From Calditrichaceae bacterium (GTDB lineage Bacteria > Calditrichota > Calditrichia > Calditrichales > JBFXGD01), in assembly GCA_050178385.1 (NCBI GenBank), contig JBFXGD010000033.1, forward strand, positions 1 through 27,409: 27,409 nucleotides of DNA, written 5' to 3'. The translations under genes and the position numbers were made by a program. The stretch's first letter is position 1. Every line of letters begins with the position of its first letter. Positions 9,859-17,829 of this stretch are shown here, piece after piece. The notes beneath the pieces were generated by a model. The model was not told where the DNA came from. It did no database searches and was given only the letters and a program-made list of their open reading frames with translations.

Positions 9859-12800
9859 TTATTCTTCCAGGTTATCATTTAATTCGGACAACATCTTATC
9901 AATCTCCTCCTGATCCAAATTGACATCAAGAAAGTCTGACGGTGTATAGTCCCCGGCAGCGGTTTTTTCACAATGGTCAATTAACTGCTGAAGCTCATCC
10001 ATGATATTGTTTAAAAACAGTCTGATCGTCTCATCCTTTATTAAATCGCTGCTGTAATCAACAGAAATATTAAGACTCTTGTTTACAATCGTACCACTGA
10101 TATCGAGCAGATGTGTTCTTTTGGCCTTTGGGGAACGTTCGGCGCCTGTATTCGGATCTATTCCATTGAAGAGATGTCCGGAATCCTGTAAACCGAACTG
10201 ACCGAGATAATTGAAGGATATATCGGGAACAGGGGCCGATTTTAATTGCTTCCTGATGGTCATGTCATCACATAAATAGCGGAGTAATCCGAATCCTATG
10301 CCGCGGTTCGGAATCATTCTCATCTGCTCTTTTACCGTTTTCAGCGTATCCTGAATGTGAACCGTTCCATTCATGCTCAAAGACAGCGGATATGCTGATG
10401 TAAACCACCCGACTGTTCGTGACAGATCGACATCATCAAAAAGATCTTCCCGGCCGTGACCTTCGAGCTGAACAAATAAATGATGTTTTCCGGTCCATTT
10501 AGCGTACGCCCGGAATATCGCCGTGAGCAGATTTTCATGTATCTGGGTATTGTACAAAGATGGTACGGATTTTAGAAGTTTTTGAGTTTGTTGCGCTTCC
10601 AGTACTAAACTCAGCCTTTTGGTTGACGATTCACTGTTTTTTCCGTCAGGGAAATCAACAGGCACTCTTTGTTTCTCACCCGATAACTGATTTTGCCAGT
10701 ATGGAGTTTCCTGCTTTATAATCTGAGCATTCGCGAATTTTTTCAGGCTTTCTGTCCAGATTTTATATGGAGTTGTTTTTGTCGGAAGTTCAATAGTCCG
10801 CCCCGATTGACGCAGTTTATATGCAGAATCCAGATCTTCCAGTAAAATTCTCCAGGATTTGCCGTCAACAGCCAGTTGATGGATTGTAATGAATAATCTG
10901 TCGGAATGGGAAGGATCCATCTTAAAATAGGCAGCTCTTATCAACGGACCGGTGGAAAGATTATGATCTCCCTGCAATTTATGGCACTCATCCGCAAGAC
11001 GTCCGGTTTGAAGATCAGCGGGTAGATTTGTTAAATCAATGACCGAGAACGGGATATTCTTTGGTATATCGGAATATTTTTGGAGAAATTTGCTTTTCCC
11101 AGTGGCAATTTTTAGTCTCAGAGCGTCATGATGTCTGATAAGTTCTCCGAATATCTCATTCAGGTATTCCGTATTCAGGCTGTCTTTTACAATAAGAAGC
11201 ACCGATTGATTCCAATGATGATTTTCAGAAAAATCCTGCTCAAAAAACCACTTCTGAATCGGTGATAATTCAGCTGTTCCAGTTACAAGTCCCTGCTCTG
11301 TGATGATTTCCTTTTTTGTTTCCGATACGGATGCCAGAAATTCGATGGTCGGGTTCTCAAAAAGCTGCTTGGGTGAAAGGATCAGACCGGCATTTTTTGC
11401 TCTGGCGATTGCCTGAATACTGAGAATTGAATCGCCGCCGAGTTCAAAAAAGTTGTCTTTAACCCCTATTTTATCAATACCCAATAATTCCTGCCAGATA
11501 TTTACAAGGATTTCTTCGTTCCTGCTACCGGGGGCTGTGTAACCTGTCTTTAGATCAGAGCGTTTGATTTCAGGTTCAGGCAGGGCTTTGCGGTCCACTT
11601 TTCCAGTCGCGGCCACCGGCATTCTGTCCAGAAACATAAAAGCGGAAGGTATCATATAATCAGGCATTGTTGATTTAAGATGAGTTCTTAGCTGTTCGGC
11701 GTTAACCTTATCACGCCGAGCCGGAACAATATATGCAATCAATTGTTTGTTTCCGGCTACCTCTTTGCTCATGACGATCGCTTCTTCAACTTCATCATGA
11801 AAAAGTAGGGCAGACTCTATTTCGCCAAGTTCAATCCTGTATCCGCGGATCTTGACCTGATTATCGATTCGCCCAAGAAATTCTATGTTTCCGTCGGGAA
11901 GAAACCTTGTAAGATCACCGCTTTTATACATACGGCTGCCTGCATCAGGGTTGAAAGGATCGGGTATGAATTTTCCCGCTGTCAAATCGGGTTTTTTCAG
12001 ATAACCTCGTGCCAGCCCTTCACCTCCGATATGCATCTCTCCTGGAATTCCTTCGGGTACGGGTTTCAACTCTTTGTCCAGAATATAAATTCTGTAATTT
12101 GGAAGTGGACGCCCTATGGGGATATTAGTTCGGTCCGCGGGCATTTTTTCTGTCAAATACCAGGATGCGGCTACGGTTGTTTCTGTCGGACCATAGGCAT
12201 TATAGAAATTGCGCCCTGATGACCAGCGGTCCACGATTTCTCTTGTGCATACATCTCCTCCGGACGCCAGGGTATCAAGATCCGAAAATTGCGTGCTATC
12301 GACTACCGATAGAACGGACGGCGGAAGGACGGCATTGGTTATGCGGCTCTTTTTCATCAGCTTTACAAAACCTTCTCCGGGCAGCATCGAGTCCTGGCTT
12401 GTAAGATAAAGGGTCGCTCCCGATGTGAGCGCCGTAAAAATGTCGGCAACCGATCCATCAAAACTGTATGAAAAGAACTGAATAACCCGCCGGTCTTTGT
12501 GAATATTAAATTTTTTCTGATAAGCCAATGCGAGATTTATTACACTTCGATGCTGAATAGGAACGCCTTTTGGACGTCCGGTTGATCCCGATGTAAAAAT
12601 AACATAAGCAAGATTGAGTTCACAGACATCCGTTTTCGGATTTGCCGTACTTTCAGTGGCAAAATCTTTCGAATTACTTTCAAAACTTATTAATTCAGTT
12701 CCCGTCCCCGGAAAGCCGTTCAAAAAACGATCCTGGGTCAGAATATATTTTATACAGCAGTCCTCGATGGCAAATGCAAGTCTTTCTCGTGGATAATACG

Positions 12801-15800
12801 GATCAAGAGGCACATAAGCCGCTCCGGATTTCAGAATTCCCAAAATCCCTGTTACCATTTCAATCGAACGCTGAACCGAAAGACCGATAAATTGTTCGGG
12901 TCCGGCGCCTTTTTTGATCAGATGATTCGCGATCTGATTGGCCCGCTCATTCACTTCCCTATAAGTCAGACACGAATCTTCAAAAACCAGAGCTGTTGTA
13001 TCAGGCGTTTTTTCAGCTTGCAGCTCAAAATAATTGTGAATCGTGACATCACGGGGATAGTCGCCTGGAAGGTTATTCCAGCGATGGATAATTTTTTCAT
13101 AATCAGCCGCGGAAAGCAGGGGATAGGTGGAAATCTTTCTCTCAGGCTGATCAATAACAGCTGTTAATACATTTATAAAATGATTATGCATTCTGCTGAT
13201 GGTGGTTTCATCAAATAAATCGGTGCAATATTCCCAGCCGCAGTCAAGATGCCCATTGTTGTCGGTGATGTTTAGGGTAAGATCGAATTTTGATGTCCTC
13301 GTATTGATCTCAATCGGCTCAATATTAAGATCTCTCAGGTTCAGGGACTGAACTGATTGCTGCTGGTAGGCAAACATGACCTGAAAAATCGGTGAATGGC
13401 TGAGGCTTCGCTCAATTTCCAGACCGTCAACAATCTTTTCAAATGGGATATCCTGATGGGCTAGCACATTTAGTGTTGTTTGTTTTATCCGGTTCAGGTA
13501 TTCAGTGAAAGTCGGATTATCAGCAAAATCTCCCCGAAGAATAAGGGTATTGACAAAGAAGCCGATTAAATTTTCAATTTCCCGATGGTTCCTGTTTGCG
13601 ACCGGGGTACCGACAAGAATAGTATTTTGTCCGGAATATCGGTGTAAAATTACCTGAAAAACAGAGAGAAGAATCATGAAAGGTGTCGCTTCCGTCTTTC
13701 TGCTGAACAAACGAATTTTATCACTCAGTTCCATGGGTAAACTGAAATGAATAACGTTACCTCTGAAAGACTGCACCGCCTTCCGTGAACGGTCCGCGGG
13801 CAATTCCAGCAGTGTGGAAGCGCCGTGAAGCTGTTCCTTCCAAAAATTGATTTCCAGCTTGATACGATCTTTTGACATCCATTCTTTTTGCCATACCGCA
13901 AAATCGGAATATTGAATATCAAGTTCGGGCAGTTCGGGAGATTCATTCTTAAGGTAGGCGTTATACAGCGCATTTATTTCCTTCATTAGCACCTCCATCG
14001 ACCATCCGTCAGAAATGATATGGTGCATATTCCAGAAAAATATATGCTGATCTTCTCTCAGTTTAATAAGTTTCGTTCTGAACAGCGGTACGACGGACAA
14101 ATCGAATGAAAACTGTGCTTCTGTTTCAAGGATTTCAAAGGCAATTTTTTCTTTTTCCGGATTGGTTGAAAGATCGGTTTCCGGAAGTTCGATATTAATC
14201 TGATCATGAACCCGCAGATGGGCTATGCCGTCGATCGTCTGAAACGCGGATCTGAGAATATCATGCCGGCTCGCGGTGATCCGAATACTCTTTAGAAGTG
14301 TCCGTTTATCAAGTTTTCCCGTAAGCCTGATTGCGGCCGCGATGTTATAGTTATGATTACCCGGTTCAAACTGATCAATAAACCAGAGTCGTTCCTGAGC
14401 GAAAGAAAGTACCGGAGTACTTTTTTTGGAGGCTGGCCGGATGACCGAATATTTTTCACTTTGATCTACAGGCCTGTCATTCTCTGAATTACTTGTATAG
14501 AATGAATTTATCTCTATGCCGAATAATCGTTCGGTTGTTTTTTCAAATTGACGGCTTAAATATGCCGCATATTGATGGATTGTGGGGTAGAGGAAAGCAG
14601 TCCGGACTGATAAAGACTCATGAAGTTCTTCCTGAATTCTGTTTATCAGAACCGCGGCCTGAAGTGAATTACCGCCGAACTCAAAAAAGTTTTGATGAAT
14701 ACCGGCAGGAGTTCTTTCCAATACTTGTTCCCAGGCAGCGAAAAGATACTTTTCCAGTGAATTTTGCGGTGGTATATTTTCTGCAGAATCTGTGTAAGTA
14801 TGATAGGGATCCGGAAGAGCATTCCGGTCAATTTTTCCGTTTGGCGTCAGGGGAAATTTATCCAGCTTCATCAGAACTGATGGTACCATATAATCGGGAA
14901 GACTTTGCAGTAAAAAGTCTCTCAGCGCCTCCGGAGACGGATTTTTATCCTTTTTTGGGATAAAATAACCAGTCAGATTGCCTCCGGTTGAAGTGATGAC
15001 TACCGCTTCTTGGATATCAGGATGAATTCTCAGATTATATTCAATCTCTCCAAGTTCTATCCTGAAGCCTCTGACTTTTACCTGATGATCAAGGCGTCCA
15101 AGAAACTCCACCGTTCCATCATTCAGAAGCCGTACCCGGTCACCTGTTCTGTACATTCGGGAACCGGCGTTTTTCGAAAAAGGATCGGGAATAAATTTTT
15201 CAGCCGTTAGCGCGGCTTTCTTATAATACCCGCGTCCGACGCCTTCACCACCGATAAACAATTCTCCCGGGATGCCCGTAGGTACCGAATTCATCCATGA
15301 ATCGAGAATATAAAATTTCGCGTTGGCTACCGGCCGTCCGATTGTGGGTTTTTCGGACGTCGGAACGACAGGAAACATGGTGGAATCCACGGTACATTCC
15401 GTCGGACCGTACATATTATAAAATTTTGTGTCACGGAATTGATGGAGTTTTTGCCAGGTGTTTTCATCAATCGCCTCACCACCGGGCAGAACCGCCAACG
15501 GCTTCCATCCCGAACCATCGAAAAGCCCGGAAAGAATGAGCAGTTTTAACTGAGAAGGAACACAGTCCAAAACATCCAGTCTGTTTTTTTTGATAAAAGA
15601 AACCAGTCTTTCGCCATCGGCGCGGATGTCCTGTGGAATGATAAAAATGGAATGTCCGAAGGTAAGCGTCAGAATTTGCTGAATTGATGCGTCAAAGGCG
15701 ATCGGAGCATTCAGGCTTACTCTTAGGCTTTCACCGTCAAAGCTGGCATAGACCGTCTCAAAAAGGTTTGCCGCGAGATTCAGCGCTGACCGGTGTTGGA

Positions 15801-17796
15801 TCATGGCCCCTTTTGGCCTGCCGGTGGAACCTGATGTGTAAATAAGATATGCCAGATTGGAAGAATCAATTGTCAAAACCGGATTGGTATCATTCTCCTC
15901 CGCAAAAATATCCCACTTTTCATCGAGAGATAAAACAGGGAGATCTTCCGGGAATAGATTTTTGTCAATGGAATTGTGAGTAATCAGAATTGAAACATTG
16001 GCATCATTCAGAATATAAGAAATACGGTCAGCGGGGTATGAAGCGTCTAAAGGCAGATAAGCGCCCCCGGCTTTCCAGACAGCCATCATACTGACAATCA
16101 TGTCAACAGAACGGTCCATAAGAATACCGATGATGGATTCTGCCGCTGTTCCGCGGTTGATCAGATAATGCGCAAGCTGATTGGCCTTACGGTTTAATTC
16201 AAAATAGGAAATTTTTTCGTTTTTATAATAAATGGCAATGGAACCGGGGGAGCGCTGTACCTGTTCTTCAAATTTTTTCGGAATATTACTTTCTGTAGAA
16301 AAATCAAGCGTCCCGCTGTTGCATTTCAATAATATTTCATCTTTCTCCGCATCTGTAATCATATTCAGAGTGCTGACAGGCGCATGGGGGGATTTGACGA
16401 TATTCATGAGCAATTCAATATAATGGCTAACCATCCTTTCGATGGTCTCTGATTTGAAAAGACCGCAATTATATTCTAAATTTCCCAGCAGATAATCGTC
16501 TTTTTCCTCGAGCATCATCAAAAGATCAAATTTTGCCGCACCGGTTTCGAAATCAATTCTGCTCAGTTTTAGATTTGCGAACCGCATTTCGGCAAGGGGA
16601 TCTCCCTCAAGCTGAAACATCACCTGAAAAAGCGGATTATAGCTGAGATCTCTTTCGGGTAGCATGGTTTCAACTAATTTCTCAAAGGGTAAATCCTGAT
16701 TATCGTATGCGTCGATAGCCCTTGATTTAACGCGGTTGATTAAATCACTGAAAGATGGATTATCATGGAAATCAGCACGTAATACCAGGGTGTTGACAAA
16801 AAATCCTATAAGATTTTCGGTTTCTTTGCGATTTCTGTTTGCGATTGGAATACCCACACCAAAGTCCCGTTGACCGGAATAGCGATAGAGCAGAGTTTGA
16901 AAAGCGGCCATCATCGTAATAAACAGGGTTGATGATTCACCTCCGCTTAAAGCTCTGAGTTTAATTGTCAAATCAGCCGGAATGTTAAAATGATGATGGT
17001 GCCCGCTAAATGACTGAATTGTCGTCCGTTGATAATCGGCCGGTATTTCAAGAAAATGGGGCATTCCCGAAAGCTGATCATTCCAGAACTCAAGCTGTTT
17101 TTTTATTTTATCAGAATTCAGACCGGATTCCTGCCAGGCGGCATAGTCCGCGTAATCGACAGCCAAATCGGGCAGGTCGGCTTCAATGCCGGAGATTTCA
17201 GAATCATATAAAGCGGATAGCTCTCTCAAAAACACGCCGAGAGACCATCCGTCAGCAATAATATGATGAAGTGTAATCAGCAAGATATGCTCGTCCGGTT
17301 TAAGTTGTATCAGCCTGATTCTTAGTAAGGGCGGTTTGGAAAGGGAAAAGGCGGTCCGCGCTTCCGATTTCGCGAGTTCAATGACTTTTTTATCCTGATC
17401 TTTCGCGGACATATCTCTCAGGTCCGTAGTATCGGGAATTATTGTAAGAGATGTTTCAATTTTTTGGACGGGATTTCCGTTTTCGGTGATAAAATATGAC
17501 CGAAGTATTTCATGCCGCCTGAGAATCCGGTTAATTCCCGATTTCAGCGCCTTTACATTCAATGGGCCTTCAAGCCTCAGAGCGGCGGGGATATTATAGA
17601 ACGGATTTAAAGGGGATAGTTGATCAAGAAACCATAACCGTTTTTGAGCAAATGAAATTGGATATACGGAAAGATTGCTTCTTCTTGGTATGGTATCCTG
17701 GTGATTAATATGTTTATTACCGCTCTGAAGTTTTCTTCTGAGAATTTCCAGTTTCTCAGGAGAAAGATCCTCGAGACGCTTGGATATATTAGACAA
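9859..17796 (-). CDS. Two-module NRPS C-A-T-C-A-T-E(variant) (2645 aa); modules 2 (Gln-like) and 3 (unknown, PheA-like scaffold)
   Basis: C motifs HHIIADGWS and HHIISDGWS; two complete A domains; T motifs GGNS and GGDSI; E motifs PIQKWF, HQLAVDGKSW, LEGHGRE, RTVGWFTS, FNYLGQF; C-terminal YTPSDF; TTG start at 17794-17796 with SD-like GAAGGAA. Confidence 0.96.
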   Translation of the reverse strand: MSNISKRLEDLSPEKLEILRRKLQSGNKHINHQDTIPRRSNLSVYPISFAQKRLWFLDQLSPLNPFYNIPAALRLEGPLNVKALKSGINRILRRHEILRSYFITENGNPVQKIETSLTIIPDTTDLRDMSAKDQDKKVIELAKSEARTAFSLSKPPLLRIRLIQLKPDEHILLITLHHIIADGWSLGVFLRELSALYDSEISGIEADLPDLAVDYADYAAWQESGLNSDKIKKQLEFWNDQLSGMPHFLEIPADYQRTTIQSFSGHHHHFNIPADLTIKLRALSGGESSTLFITMMAAFQTLLYRYSGQRDFGVGIPIANRNRKETENLIGFFVNTLVLRADFHDNPSFSDLINRVKSRAIDAYDNQDLPFEKLVETMLPERDLSYNPLFQVMFQLEGDPLAEMRFANLKLSRIDFETGAAKFDLLMMLEEKDDYLLGNLEYNCGLFKSETIERMVSHYIELLMNIVKSPHAPVSTLNMITDAEKDEILLKCNSGTLDFSTESNIPKKFEEQVQRSPGSIAIYYKNEKISYFELNRKANQLAHYLINRGTAAESIIGILMDRSVDMIVSMMAVWKAGGAYLPLDASYPADRISYILNDANVSILITHNSIDKNLFPEDLPVLSLDEKWDIFAEENDTNPVLTIDSSNLAYLIYTSGSTGRPKGAMIQHRSALNLAANLFETVYASFDGESLRVSLNAPIAFDASIQQILTLTFGHSIFIIPQDIRADGERLVSFIKKNRLDVLDCVPSQLKLLILSGLFDGSGWKPLAVLPGGEAIDENTWQKLHQFRDTKFYNMYGPTECTVDSTMFPVVPTSEKPTIGRPVANAKFYILDSWMNSVPTGIPGELFIGGEGVGRGYYKKAALTAEKFIPDPFSKNAGSRMYRTGDRVRLLNDGTVEFLGRLDHQVKVRGFRIELGEIEYNLRIHPDIQEAVVITSTGGNLTGYFIPKKDKNPSPEALRDFLLQSLPDYMVPSVLMKLDKFPLTPNGKIDRNALPDPYHTYTDSAENIPPQNSLEKYLFAAWEQVLERTPAGIHQNFFEFGGNSLQAAVLINRIQEELHESLSVRTAFLYPTIHQYAAYLSRQFEKTTERLFGIEINSFYTSNSENDRPVDQSEKYSVIRPASKKSTPVLSFAQERLWFIDQFEPGNHNYNIAAAIRLTGKLDKRTLLKSIRITASRHDILRSAFQTIDGIAHLRVHDQINIELPETDLSTNPEKEKIAFEILETEAQFSFDLSVVPLFRTKLIKLREDQHIFFWNMHHIISDGWSMEVLMKEINALYNAYLKNESPELPELDIQYSDFAVWQKEWMSKDRIKLEINFWKEQLHGASTLLELPADRSRKAVQSFRGNVIHFSLPMELSDKIRLFSRKTEATPFMILLSVFQVILHRYSGQNTILVGTPVANRNHREIENLIGFFVNTLILRGDFADNPTFTEYLNRIKQTTLNVLAHQDIPFEKIVDGLEIERSLSHSPIFQVMFAYQQQSVQSLNLRDLNIEPIEINTRTSKFDLTLNITDNNGHLDCGWEYCTDLFDETTISRMHNHFINVLTAVIDQPERKISTYPLLSAADYEKIIHRWNNLPGDYPRDVTIHNYFELQAEKTPDTTALVFEDSCLTYREVNERANQIANHLIKKGAGPEQFIGLSVQRSIEMVTGILGILKSGAAYVPLDPYYPRERLAFAIEDCCIKYILTQDRFLNGFPGTGTELISFESNSKDFATESTANPKTDVCELNLAYVIFTSGSTGRPKGVPIQHRSVINLALAYQKKFNIHKDRRVIQFFSYSFDGSVADIFTALTSGATLYLTSQDSMLPGEGFVKLMKKSRITNAVLPPSVLSVVDSTQFSDLDTLASGGDVCTREIVDRWSSGRNFYNAYGPTETTVAASWYLTEKMPADRTNIPIGRPLPNYRIYILDKELKPVPEGIPGEMHIGGEGLARGYLKKPDLTAGKFIPDPFNPDAGSRMYKSGDLTRFLPDGNIEFLGRIDNQVKIRGYRIELGEIESALLFHDEVEEAIVMSKEVAGNKQLIAYIVPARRDKVNAEQLRTHLKSTMPDYMIPSAFMFLDRMPVAATGKVDRKALPEPEIKRSDLKTGYTAPGSRNEEILVNIWQELLGIDKIGVKDNFFELGGDSILSIQAIARAKNAGLILSPKQLFENPTIEFLASVSETKKEIITEQGLVTGTAELSPIQKWFFEQDFSENHHWNQSVLLIVKDSLNTEYLNEIFGELIRHHDALRLKIATGKSKFLQKYSDIPKNIPFSVIDLTNLPADLQTGRLADECHKLQGDHNLSTGPLIRAAYFKMDPSHSDRLFITIHQLAVDGKSWRILLEDLDSAYKLRQSGRTIELPTKTTPYKIWTESLKKFANAQIIKQETPYWQNQLSGEKQRVPVDFPDGKNSESSTKRLSLVLEAQQTQKLLKSVPSLYNTQIHENLLTAIFRAYAKWTGKHHLFVQLEGHGREDLFDDVDLSRTVGWFTSAYPLSLSMNGTVHIQDTLKTVKEQMRMIPNRGIGFGLLRYLCDDMTIRKQLKSAPVPDISFNYLGQFGLQDSGHLFNGIDPNTGAERSPKAKRTHLLDISGTIVNKSLNISVDYSSDLIKDETIRLFLNNIMDELQQLIDHCEKTAAGDYTPSDFLDVNLDQEEIDKMLSELNDNLEE
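9960..11270 (-). other. Epimerization domain with His-to-Gln at the catalytic position (approximate bounds)
   Basis: Minus-strand codons CAT CAA CTG GCT GTT GAC GGC AAA TCC TGG (10852-10881) give HQLAVDGKSW versus the consensus HHLxVDGVSW; the other E motifs are intact. Confidence 0.9.
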
Positions 17797-17801
17797 GGTC
17801 T

Positions 17802-17809
17802 ATTCCTTC
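17802..17809 (-). promoter_or_regulatory. Probable ribosome-binding site GAAGGAAT for the 2645-aa NRPS (TTG start)
   Basis: Minus strand reads CCGAAGGAATAGACC-TTG; identical octamer and 5-nt spacing to the site at 21213-21220. Confidence 0.65.
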
Positions 17810-17829
17810 GGTATAAAATTTAAATCGAT

